Assembly: GCA_949358305.1 (NCBI GenBank)
Contig: OX442314.1
Location: 23,746,001-23,810,000 of the forward strand
Direction: 5' to 3'
DNA length: 64,000 nucleotides
Origin: Strigamia acuminata
Lineage: Eukaryota
Below the pieces are notes generated by a model. The model had not been told where the DNA came from. It ran no database searches and saw only the letters and a program-made list of their open reading frames with translations. Position numbers and translations under genes: made by a program. Below, one piece after another: positions 25,152 to 38,000 of this stretch (positions are counted from its first letter, which is position 1; each line of letters starts with the position of its first letter).

Positions 25152-28100
25152 ATGCATTCTATCTACTTTATCGTTTTTCTTTCCGGTTTTATATATCAAT
25201 CTGAAGTAATTAAATTATAATTTTTCAAAAATATTACTCCGTATTATATTATTATTTTCATTTTTCTAAATTTAGCCAAAAACAAAGAAGTTAAAATTGC
25301 CAGTGAGTACATAATTAATATACAAGAAAAATTTAATGATTACAATAGACATATTATACATGTTTTTAGTTGTGGGCAATTTTGGCAGATAATAGCAGGA
25401 TTGATGAGAATGGGTTTCGAATTTGGGAAAAAGATATTGTTTTCCATGGAATGAAGAAAGAGGATGATTTATTTGGAAAAACTGCACGCAAAGACCTTCT
25501 GTCCAGATGGCCTCTAGGAATCATTCCTTACAAGATAGGTCCATCCTGTAAGATTTAAAACACCAATTTATAGTGATATTTTAATGGCAATAAATTCAAA
25601 CAATGAAACACATGATTAAAAATGCGAGGACACTACACACCTAGATGATTTTTGTCTTTTCGAAAAGGAATGCGTAAGCTCACGGTCCCTACCTGCCACT
25701 AACTTGGATTTGTTACCATACTGATCAATTAACTTAGATTGAAAATATTTTCTCGAGTTAATTCAGTCACGCTCATTATTTTTTAAAATTATTTTAGTAG
25801 ACCACAAAGATAGTAAAAGTGCTATTATGGAAGCCATGCAATTGTGGATGGATAATACTTGTGTTAAATTTTCATATTCACCGACTATAAGTCGTCGTCC
25901 ACACTTAGTGATAAAGCATACGGGAAGTGGGTAAATTTTACTCCAATTTTACTCTAGAGTTTTTATTTATATTATCTCTTATTCTAGATGCAATTCTTGG
26001 GTTGGTATCTATGAACCAACTACCATCGTTCAGACTCTATCACTTGATTACCCTGATTGTGCAACATCAGTAAGTAAAATTATGCTCTGGCTCATCATAA
26101 TAGTGCAACTTTTTCCTATTGGCTGAGCCATTTCACTGGTGTAGTTATACATAAAAGTAGGCCAAAATACATGTTTAGTGCTTGCCAGACAAAACAACCA
26201 ATCAAAAAATTCAAAAATTGCCTGCTTTTTCAATAAACTGAACAAAGACGTATTTTGAAAAAAGAACAGCATAAAAAATTGTTTTAAAATTTTTAAAATC
26301 ATTTTATTGTAAAAACAAATCAATTTACATCATTTCAACCATTACAATAATCAAACAAATTAAAAACAGAACAAAACTACTTTTTCTGGTGGTAATATAA
26401 AGGCAACACTTAAGGAGTAAACAGGCTTGGCTAATAGGAAAAAGTTGCACTCTTATGATTGGCCAGAGTATAACCTACTAACTGAAGAAATTAGCAAATC
26501 TGAGAAATTGAGCGATAAGATTATAAAAACACCATTTGCCCAGTGATTGGCAGATGTCCATGTCTTTGATAAGACGGCAAAGAATAAGAAGCAACTGTGG
26601 GATGTCCCGAGAATGAGCCCAAAAATGACCTGCTGTATCGCAAAATCAGAAAACTCAAACCCGACTTCTTGTATTTGCAGGTACCAGTTGTAACACATGA
26701 ATTAGGCCATGCTATTGGATTATGGCACGAACAAGATCGCGCGGACCGTGACACTCACTTGAAAGTTTACAAGAAAAACATGGGTAAAAACAAAGTGCTT
26801 TTCGAAGTTGGCAAAGATGATGTAATAAATTATGACGTACCATACGATTATTCATCAATTATGCAATATACACCTGACGTAAGTTATGTATAAACCAGGG
26901 ATTCCCAAACTTTTTCTGTTCACGGCGCACATATTGTTTCGAGATTTTTTCCCAGCTCCCAGAGTCAAACCATATATACTCCAATCCGATACAACGTGGT
27001 CCTAACTCCTATTGGTTGAGCCGTCTCACTGGTGTAGTGGCACAAAAAAGTAGCCCGTAACACCAGAATGGTAATCTAACTAGACAAAACAACCAAATCT
27101 AAACCTTTGTTTACCCCCGGAAAGAAACAAACAAACTACCGGTATGCTAACATTGATTGATTAAAAGGGGAAAAAGCTTATTTTAGCAAATAAAACAAAT
27201 ATTTTATTACCAAATAAATAAAATCCATCATTCTAATCACTTTTTACACTGAAATTCATTGAAAATAAACAGAACTACTTTTCTGCGTAGTAGAGCACCG
27301 TCCACAGTTAGGCATAATCTGGCTCAACCAATAGCTTGATATAGTTTGGGAACCACTAGTTTAAACCAATAGAATTAACTTTTACTTTCTGAAAATTTGA
27401 TTTATATTTTATTTTGAAATAGACTTTTTCAAGTAATGGTAAACTTATTCTTGTTCCGAAAGATCCAATGGCATTCCCGTTAATGGGAAATTCAAAAACG
27501 ATTACACATCTCGATTATAAATTGGTCAATAGAATGTACAACTGTTCTGGTGCATAGTTTAGTATGTTTGAAAAATATTGCTAAAAAGATATTTTTTTCT
27601 TGGAATTTCAGTCAAATGCCAGCCTCGACTTTCTTGTCAAAATGGTGGATACAATGCATGGAATATTAAAAAGGGCTGTCGATGTGAATGCCCTCCTGGA
27701 TTTAATGGTTCCAAGTGCGAAACCAAAGTAGATGTTGGTATGATTGGGCTCACATCATACTTATCAAGTCTTCGCTGCAGCTATATAAATTAGAGCAAAA
27801 ATTGTTTTTTCAGCACCTCGTTGCGGTGGAAAAATTACAACTCCAACACGGTTTCAAAGTCCTAACTACCCCCAGAACCATCCTGCAGACATGCAATGTG
27901 CTTGGCTAATTGAGGTAATTTTTATGTTGATTAAGGCATTCTTTGTACCATTTTTCGGGAGATCGTACAACATTAACTGTCAATTTTATAAATTAATTAC
28001 ACAACATACCGGTTTACATCTTACTAATAACAGATGCGGTGTAATTAATAGTGTATTTTAATGACATTGATGATGCTCTTAAACTTTAAGAGCGCCATTA

Positions 28101-28535
28101 ATGTCAATAAAATCACTCTATTAATTACAAAAAAGAAGGTGCGCATTGAGATAGATGTTTTTATAGATACGGTCTAAGATGTTATTCGTTTTACTACAGC
28201 CTCCTCGTGGCAAACTCCTTTCACTCTTCTTCCACGATTTCAACCTCATGAAACGTTCAGGAAAAGAAAATAAATGTTTCTGGAGCGGTTTACGTATAAG
28301 AAATGGAGATCTATTGAGTGATGATCCTGGCACAATGTGAGAATTAATACCAAATTCAATGGAAGCAAATTGTTATTGAACTAATATCATTAATTTTTAT
28401 TTATTATTTTATAGACACTGCGATAATGAACTTCATCAAAAAACAGTTGCAGGTAAAGGTGATCACACGCTTCTTATCCTCACCTCATCATATAACCAGG
28501 CAAAAGGTCTTGATGTATCCGTTAATTTTGTGTAA
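25152..28535 (+). CDS. Astacin-EGF-CUB metalloprotease copy 5
   Basis: Signal exon, 27-nt microexon, WEKDIVF, HELGHAIGLWHEQDRADRD, SIMQY, EGF-like and CUB exons, stop at 28533-28535. Confidence 0.9.
26081..26472. mobile_element. MITE (TATACTCTGG family) in intron 5 of astacin copy 5
   Basis: About 49-bp imperfect inverted termini TAT(G/A)CTCTGGC..CATAA.AGTGCAACTTTTTCCTATT; related termini at 50048-50509. Confidence 0.7.
26896..27358. mobile_element. hAT-type MITE in intron 6 of astacin copy 5
   Basis: CAGGGATTCCCAAACT ... AGTTTGGGAACCACTA termini; near-perfect 8-bp TSD GTATAAAC/GTTTAAAC; paralogous introns show the empty site. Confidence 0.75.
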
Positions 28536-29073
28536 ATTTAAGAAGTTAGGTAAGAATAAATAAGAAATGAAGAAGGATAAAATTTGTTTGATAAGCGACT
28601 GATGTCATATTTTTTCACAACTCCCTTTATGGCTGATAAACGACGCAATTCAAGCTTTTGAAAAATAGCAAACTGTTGTAGTACATTTAAAAAAAATATT
28701 TTTACAGACCTCGCTTTCTTTTATTGTTTTTCACGTAAAACTACATCTAGCGGATAATCTTCTAAACGGAAATGGAACCAGAGCCAGCAACGGAAATGGT
28801 GACCAGCATCAATTCGAATTGCTAGGAATTTCCAATGCCACAATGGAAAACAATTTTCATCAAGAGATAATTTCCCGCCTACGCCGTTGCCAGTACCAAT
28901 TGGTGGCAAATGATCACAAATTGAAATCAAAATAACAATAAACACACAACAAACAACGCCCTCCCCGCATAGTTCTACGTTATGGCACAGTTATTATTAT
29001 TGTTTGTTCTTAACAATTAACTGCTTCAAAACGGCCCCTACATTTACAATCGTTACTATTGTCGATCTAACAT

Positions 29074-29192
29074 TAGCTGCATTCAAAAACTCTAAAACGT
29101 ATGCAAAACTCGTTTCGTGTTTGTACGTGATATCATTCCCATTGAATAACAGAAATGTTTTGCATACGTTTTAGAGTTTTTGAATGCAGCTA
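29074..29192. mobile_element. Tiny foldback element/MITE with 36-bp perfect inverted repeats
   Basis: TAGCTGCATTCAAAAACTCTAAAACGTATGCAAAAC and its exact reverse complement; a related end occurs near 43960-43975. Confidence 0.75.
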
Positions 29193-29744
29193 CTGCAAAA
29201 TGGCTGCCAACAAGCTGCAAATTAAACGTGAAAACTCGTTACACAAGACAATAATTTAAGCTGTTTAGTTTTAGCCCGTTTAAACAATCATTTAAACAAA
29301 ACTTCAAACTATCGTTTATGTGTTATTGAATACGCACGTATTCCACACCCACTCCAGTTACTATTTAATATTACTATGATAACTTCTTACAATTTGTAGT
29401 GTTACTGTTATTTAGGCACAATAAACTTTTGTTATTATTATATAAAAAATTGTCTCCCTAATTTATTCTCAATCACAGGTATCAAAAGTCCACGATAAAT
29501 ACTGTCTGCCACCTTGGTTATCCGAGATGAGTAAGCCGGATCACGACAATCAAACTCTGTTCACGATGAAACTTGAGAAACACATCCTGCTCAGCCAGAC
29601 CACCTGATAAAACAATCTATTTTTATGACTTTTCCTTCGTAGACCAATTGTATACTTATTCCATCAGTGTTAACAATGACTAAATATTCATACAAATCTC
29701 GTTATAAAAAAGCTAAAGTTCCTGACCACTTTCACACATTGACA

Positions 29745-32700
29745 ATGGGTCTTTTCTACTCTATATTCGTAGTTATAATTTTCGGATTTATATATCAATC
29801 TGAAGTAAATTACTTATATATTTTTTTATTAAATATCATTACAATAATATTTTGATTTTTCCGAATTTAGTCAAAAAAAGCAGAGCAATTAAAATTGCCT
29901 GTAAGTACATACGAGAATTCATTTACACAGTAAATTGAACGATTACTGTACAGACATAGTGTATATTTCTTTTAGTTATGGGCAGTTATGGAGCGAAATA
30001 GCAAAATAGATAAGGATGGCTTTAGAGTCTGGGAAGAAGATATCGTCTTCCATGGAAAGACTAAAAAGAGTGGTATAAATGAAAGAACTGCACGCAAAGA
30101 CCCAAAGTCCAGGTGGCCTCAAGGACAAATCCCTTACAAGATACATCCATCGTGTAAGATTTAAAACGATAAAACATGGTAATAAATTCAAACACACTGC
30201 GACAAGGTGCCCCACCCTTATACGACGTCACTGCCACTAACTTGAATTTGTTACCATACCCGTCGATTAACTGAAATTGAGAATATTTTCTTAAGAGTTA
30301 ATTTAGTCATGTTTATAGTTTTACAATAATTTTTAGTAGACCAAACAGAAAGTTTAAGTGCAATCAGTGCAGCTATGCAATTATGGATGGATAATACATG
30401 CGTTGAATTTACCAATTCACCAGATGTTCATGATCAACCGCACTTGGTGTTAAAGCAAACGGGGACGGGGTAAATTTTACTACAATTTTACTCCAGAATT
30501 TCTATTTCTATTTATATCCTTTCATATTTCAGATGCAATTCTTGGATTGGTATCTATACGGAAAATACTACCGAGCAGATTGTATCACTTGATTATCCTA
30601 ATTGTGCAACATCAGTAAGTAATATTAATATAGGATTGTGAGGTTATTTTTTTTGGCAAGTGCGGTGCGGTTTCCGTAAAAAACCTCAATGCACGCGGTA
30701 TATCTCAAAACCGCAAAAACCCAAAATTTCAAGAAAATAAAATCTAAAAACTCCAAAATTCAGAAATAAAAAAATAAAAATTATTACATTTTTTTTTTTT
30801 AAATAAAATAAAATGAAATTTGCAGATTTGCGGTTTTCTGCGGTTTGCGGTTAATCGTGTTGCGGTTTTTTATAAAAACCGCAGTGCGATTTTGGAAAAA
30901 AAAAATCGCTGTGCGATATTTCGCACTCGTAAACAACCCTAAAAATGAGCATACATATCCGAGATATTGAGCCACAATACAAGTACATCCATGTCCTTTA
31001 TAAGAAGGCAAAAATAAAAAAGAAATGGAATTCCTAGAAATCACTCCAAAAATAACCTGTAGCGGCTTATTCCTTTTATTTGCAGATACGAGTTGTAAGT
31101 CATGAATTAGGTCATGCTATTGGATTATGGCATGAGCAAGATCGCTTGGACCGCGATGATTACTTAAAAATTTACACTGACAACATGGGAGAAAACAAAC
31201 TGCGTTTCGAATCTGTCAAAGATATAATGACTTATGATGTACCATACGAATATAAATCAATTATGCAATATGCACCGGATGTAAGTCAATAAACCAATTG
31301 AATTAACCTCTATTTTTTATCAAGATTTGATTTATTGTCACATTTATATTTTGAAATAGTCTTTTTCAAGTAATGGCAAACTTGTTCTTGTTCCGAAAGA
31401 TCCAATGGCATACCCATTAATGGGAACTGCAGATAAGATGACCTTTCTCGATTACAAATTGGTTAACAGAATGTACAACTGTACAGGTGCATATTTTAAT
31501 ATATTTGAAAAATATTCTTACCGGTAATATTTTTTCTTGGATTTTCAACAGATAAATGCCAGCATCCACCTTCTTGTCACAATGGTGGATACGCCACATG
31601 GAATAATAAAAAAGACTGTCGATGTGAATGTCCACCTGAATTTTCCGGTTCCAACTGCGAAACTAAAGTAGATGTCGGTATGATTGGGGTCACATCATAC
31701 TCATCAAGTCTTCACTGCATCTATATAAATTAGAGCAAAAATTGTTTTTTTAGAACCTCCTTGCGGTGGAAAAATTAAAACTCCAACTCGGTTTCAAACG
31801 TCTAATTACCCCAAGAATTTTCCTGCAGATTTGCGATGTGCTTGGATAATTGAGGTAAGTTCTTTATGAATTAAAGCATTTGGTAAATACTTAAAATTCT
31901 GTAATCCTCTGTTTCATTTTGGGAGATCGTATAAACATTAATTGTTAATTTAAAAAAAATTAAACAACATATGCACCGTCATTCAAGTAGAAACTCGCTA
32001 TTACAAACAGGTTCGGGGAGGAAAAATAGTTCGTAATAACGAGTGTCGCGCTCAACTCGGTCTGTCGCTAATACGTGGTATGAGTCACTCTCTAATCTTG
32101 CAATACCGCTTTACTCAAGCGGTTACCCAAATAATGTAACACGGCAAGACAATGAAAAAGGTAAATATAATAAATGTATTTATTATACGGAAATATACAG
32201 TTAAAAGGGAATAAAATATATAAGGGAATAAAAAGGTAAAAGGAAAGGTGTGTGAAGTTGGCGGGAAACTGGTCGAGGTCGTCCTTTGTCGCTGTGGATC
32301 CAAGATGGCGTCCGCGTGGCAACGTGGTGTCGTCTTGGGCCGGCGTGGCAATGAATGGCGTCCTCGTCTCTCGTTTCTTGGTCGGTCCTTCGGGCTCACG
32401 CTGGTCGGGCGCGAGTGAATGCCTAAAAGGTCTTACTTCGGCTGTTGTCTAGGTTTTAGGGTTTTGTGTAGGTGTCCGGCGATCACACAGCGGCGGACGC
32501 TTGGTGGTTCCCGGCGATACACACAGCGGCGGGAACGCTCGTCGTGGTTACTGCAATTTAGGCTTGTGCGACCGTTTGTCTGCACAACTCGCTAAGTTGG
32601 AGTAGGTTTACTATTTCTAGCTGGCTTGCTAAAATAGTGTGGTAATCTTATTTCGCAGGTTACTCTGCGGAGGTTAACACAAATCAATCGTACTCACGTT

Positions 32701-33747
32701 GGAAGTCCCTTGTCCTAGGTCACTCCTGAAGTCTTTGTACTTAGGCTTGATCGTTTTAGGACGTTTGGCTTTTACGTGTATCTTGGTTGATTTTTGTGTT
32801 GGTTCTGCCCGCTCAGTGCAAGGCAAATTCCTTTGCACAAAGCGGGGGGGGTGACAGGTGACTAAAGCCACCCAATGGTGGAGAAGGCGAATCTCCCCCA
32901 CTCCCCCAGGGCAGACGCCCGTCCATTGACTGGATGTCAATGCTCTGAGGGAAGGGAGGCGCGCGTGTGACTCCCCCTCTTTACCCGTATGTAGGCCACG
33001 AGAGAAACTCTTCGTGCCCCACCCCAGTCGGGTCACCACACGAGAATTCGTTATAGTGAAATGATAATGGGTGAAGTAAGGCAGGCAACCAACTAGTTGT
33101 TTACAATGAAGAATTTGGGGTGTTCACACCAATCTTGGATCTAAATCCCTAGTTTCAAATGAGACCCAAAAGCTTGGTGTGAACATGGTATTACAACACA
33201 CAGTAAAGAATTCTGTGTTGTAACTGTTTGATACAATGTAAAAAAGAAGTGCTTTTAGAAAAAAACATTGTTTAGGTCATGTGAATACTTTATTAATGAA
33301 TACAGTATTAAAAAAAAAACATTATTTAGGTCATGTGAACACATTATTTTAAAAAAATTTAACAATTGTGGATTACACACTCCTGCGGTCTCCTTGTAAG
33401 ATATTATTCGTTTTATTCAAGGCTCCTCCTGATAAATTGCCTTCACTCTACTTCCATGATTTCAATCTCATGGGTCGTGGAGGAACTGAAAATAAGTGTT
33501 TCTGGAGTTCCTTACGCATAAAAAATGGAGATGCAATAAATGATGATCCTGGTAACGTGTAAGAATTAATACCAATATCAAGAAAAAGGAAATTGTTACC
33601 AATACTGTTCATTTTTTATTTACTAGACATTGCGCTAACGAACTTCACCACAATACAGTTGTAGGTAAAACTAATCAGGTGCTTCTTGTCTTCACCACAA
33701 TGTATAACCATTCAAGAGGTTTTGATGTATCAGTTACATTTGTGTAA
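29745..33747 (+). CDS. Astacin-EGF-CUB metalloprotease copy 6
   Basis: Signal exon, 30-nt microexon, WEEDIVF, HELGHAIGLWHEQDRLDRD, SIMQY, EGF-like and CUB exons, stop at 33745-33747. Confidence 0.9.
32044..33040 (-). mobile_element. Solo LTR (about 1 kb) in intron 9 of astacin copy 6, related to the LTR at 461-1280
   Basis: TG...CA termini (TGTCGCG ... GGGTCACCACA), 4-bp TSD CGAG, GC-rich interior. Confidence 0.8.
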
Positions 33748-35020
33748 ATGTGCAATAAAATGTGTCAAATAAGCAACCCATCTCATATTTATTTCAAAAC
33801 TCCCTTCATGACTTGAGAAATGACGTAATTTAATACTGTATCTATCCAAAAATTAATTTTTTACGCGCCGTTTTCTGTTTACAATACAGTAACTCCTCAA
33901 CTTACGAACCAGTTCCGAATTCTTCTGAAGTCCAGCTAAGGTGTACAATGTGGAAAAATTGTTCACCCTAATTAAAGAAACATTTTATCTTATTTTTTAA
34001 TTATAAATTAATAAAGAATCATATTAAACAACATTTAACAACAATAAGAGCGAGGGTTTTGCGCTCAGCCTTGTCAGACACGTAAACTTAACATAAGTGT
34101 GGAAACTGACGGTTCCCAAAAAGACTACCCTAGTTTAGTTTACACGTTTGACCACTGTGGCACAGATGTAAATTCACCGCTGTGACCCATTTATGTTAAT
34201 TCCTTCTTTGTCACAACAATAAAATTTTTGTAAATGTAACCAGCAAGGTGTGCTTTTCTTGCATCCTCCAACATCAAGTTAAATCCAACTCCATTCGCTG
34301 TTTTTAAGATAAGCTTCGAGAATTACAATATTTTAAGTCGCTGCGTGCATTGCCACACAGTTTGTATCTCTGAAAATTCTAGGAATTCGTTAGTTGAGGT
34401 GTTAATTAGGTTGGCTGTGAATGTGACACATCAAAGAGATTAATATATGCATAAAATTTTAATGAAACGATTGAACGACCGATTGAACTTTTTCCAAATT
34501 GTCTGATAGTGAGATTTGCAAATTTCAATGTCCATCTTGCAAATTTCACCATCAGGCCAAAGCCCATGAACCTATAAGAGTGATGAGGCAGAATACTAAT
34601 ACCATTTAATCTATTGTTGCGACTCTGGTAGCCAGTAGCAATGCTTACAAATTTAACAAAAATTGTCTTTCTCATTTTTAATTCATTACTAAAATATAAA
34701 ATATAAAAATATTGCCAAAATAGAAAATAAACTTGTATACGGAAAAGGAAGATAACGATTCACGACTACTGTTTTTTTTCTTTGCAATATTATGCCCGCC
34801 TTCTGTATGTTTGCAAAAAATCTTGCGGAAATGTTTACTACATTGAAGTAGTAAACATTGAATTTTAAATTAGATTTGAAGACACTCTTATTGATTAAAT
34901 TTACATATCGATTGAATTCATACGCTCAAACCAGAAAACAAAAATTTTACATTAATATCTGTTGCATTTCCGGATGCAAATGCGCTGATAACTCATGTGT
35001 TACACATCTGTCAAGTAATA

Positions 35021-38000
35021 ATGAAGAAAAGACGAAATCAAATTTTGAACCAGAAAAGCGTACCGGTAAGTTGAAAAAGCTTTATTTTTTAAAAAAAAAT
35101 TTCTCAATATTTAATTTTAATTACAATTACAATGAAAATTTTTTTTTAAATACTTAACCAGTTGCAATCAAAAATGATAATTAAAAGAGAAGCAAAAAAA
35201 ATTCGAAATCTAGCAAGCGAATATATTCGTTTGTACGAGATCCAAAATAAACAAACTTTAATTCCAATGTTGAAAACTGCATTGAGTGGAAATTTCAATT
35301 TTTATCGCGTGCGTTGGATAGTAACTATCGTCACTGCGTTAAGCATATGCATCTATCAATGTTCCACCGTGATCAACTACTACTTCGAAAAACCCTTCAA
35401 AGTTCAAACCGAAATTACAGAAGAAACTACTGATGATTATCCGGCAATTTACATCTCTTCAGCCTTTACTGATGATATCATCGCTTTTCAGAAAAATCGT
35501 TCATGGAGCTTGCAAATTAGACGTACAGCAAGATAAACGAATTATTACCGATTCTCAATCAATACAAAAAAATTCACTCCTAATTTTTATTTTATTTTAG
35601 AATGTCGGCAAACGTTTTTATTTGCGGAAGATAACGTCACTACACTACGAACAATAATGGAGAAAAGTAACTTCACAAAAATGATTCAAAACATCACATT
35701 TTTCAGAGTAAGTAAAATTAAATATTTTTTATGAACTACCAGTAATTCTTTTTGAATAAGCAAGTCAACATTTATTTGTTTAGATTAACTATAAATTTGC
35801 TTCATAAAACTAGCAAAATCCATTTTTTTTTTCTTTGTAGGGAAGCAAGAAGGAATACAATTTGTTTGAAACTGAAGAAATGTTCACCATTTATGCAACT
35901 GTAACTAAAGTTACAAATAGTAAGTAAAGTTGATTTATTATAATGGCCACACTAGCAAAATCTCAAATTCAAAGGCTGAAAGTATTCTAATATTGCACAC
36001 CTTCAGTGCATACAATTTCACTTTTATCGATAACTATAAATCAGGGGTGGAGAACGTCCGGCCCACGAGTCGTATATGGCCCGCGAAATCATTTAGTCTG
36101 GCCATGCCAACCACAAGCAGAACTGGGCCAATTTAATTAAACGTTTGAACAAATGTAGCAGGTTTTTTTAATTGATAATTTTGGAAGGTCCACAAATAAT
36201 GCTATAAATATCTAAATAGCTCGTTGCAGAAAAAAGGTTCACCACCCCTGCTATAAATCATCCAATTCGAGTCAGATTGCTCACTTGTTCCAGATAAGTT
36301 AAGACACTAATTAGATAAATGCAGCTCCCACGGTTTTGCCTTTTCATCATTTTGAGGCATATCTGCGAAATACATACATGCAGGTGTGATCCCGAACCAC
36401 ACTGACTTGTGAGTTCAGTCAAAACTCTTTTGGATCATGAGTGGAATGTTTTGTGTAATGTGTCCCTGTGTACCAAATCAAATAGGCCCCATGCAGGGCC
36501 TTTGAGAAAGAATGTTTCCGCCTCAAAGGCGAAACCTGTCATGACAAAATCCGAGAGAATACAGTAATACGAAAAGTATAGCATAATACCACTTTAAGAA
36601 TGTGCCTACTGCTATTAAAATGCAATAATGTTCTTGCACAATAATATCTTTTTGGTGTTGAATTTGATTAAATAGTTAAAAAATTACCAATTGGACCAGA
36701 AAATCGAGTGAAAATTCAGATTCACACAAAAGAGACCTACACTAAAAACCGTTTCCTTCTTGGAGTAAGTAAAAAAAAAAAAATTCGCTCTATACACATA
36801 CAACTTAAAGAAATTAAATAATTTCTTTTGTGTAGGTAACCTTGCAAGCAAAAGTAGTCACACTATCATTTATAATGCCACTGAGCATACACACGGCACA
36901 TTTATTTAAACAAACTTCCTTTGCTTTCACTTCTAAAAGAGTAAGTTTTAATTAGCACTTTTTTACTGACTAATAATCATCTTTTGTTAGTTCACATTTC
37001 TTAATAGAAAAGCCTCTCCATGCGTCCCACTAACTGTTATGGAAGACTGTCACTATAAATGTTACTTGAATTCGATCAATGCTCTGAATTTTACGTGCCA
37101 GTAAGTTAGAAAATCAAATAAAACAAATTTATTACGTAAACTCCATTACTTTACACGTGTGAATTTATAGCTTACCAATATTGCCCCAGGAAAACAAAAG
37201 CGACTGCATTACAAATGAATTGACATGCAATTACACGCGACAATTGGGACGAGTGAGATGGACAATTAACCCCCAATACACTTGCAATTGTCCAAGGGAA
37301 TGCCGTAAAACTGTGGTTACTTCCCATCACTACTTCGACGAATATGAAGAAAAATCAACAAGTTTTTACTCCTTCAGCAATTGGATCCGTACATTGCAAG
37401 AATATTACTCCTACGACTTCATAGCCCTCTTGTGCGACATCGGAGGGTATTTAAGTTTTTATACGGGAATTTCTTGCCTGACACTTACTTACTCAATAGT
37501 CAGCAATATTATGACACTGTCATTCCACCTTAATAAAATCAGTCCGTACAAAAAGCATGTGGTTCAGCAAACTCAAAAAATGATAATGCAGACTGAACAA
37601 GAATTAACAAAGAAAATCCACGACCCATTTTTCAAGCTATTCAACAATATAAAGAAGGCGACAATTCTAATTGGTTTAGTTACTAGCTGCTACTTAATGT
37701 ACGTTCAAAGTGTGTTTTACTTGACCTATCCTACATACGTTACTATAGAACTTGTACAAGACAGAGATGTTCAAATCCCGAGCATTGTTATATGTAGTGA
37801 TAATGCAAAAATATACATGAAAAAAGTAAAAATGCAACAGAAAAAAATGAATGTGCGTTGTTCCGAAGATATAGACATACTCGATTTACTTGATCTATAT
37901 AAAAACGATGCCACATTATTATGGAACACATCTAGCGATTTCATAAACTTTGAAATGGGCAAGGTGCGTTATTGCATTTAGCTAGTATTGCATTTGTTTA

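Noticed and set aside
37500..37660. Possibility that the double DEG/ENaC is two adjacent genes
   Set aside because: No stop, intron or intergenic gap between TM2a and TM1b, and the frame is open in all three paralogs including divergent gene C.
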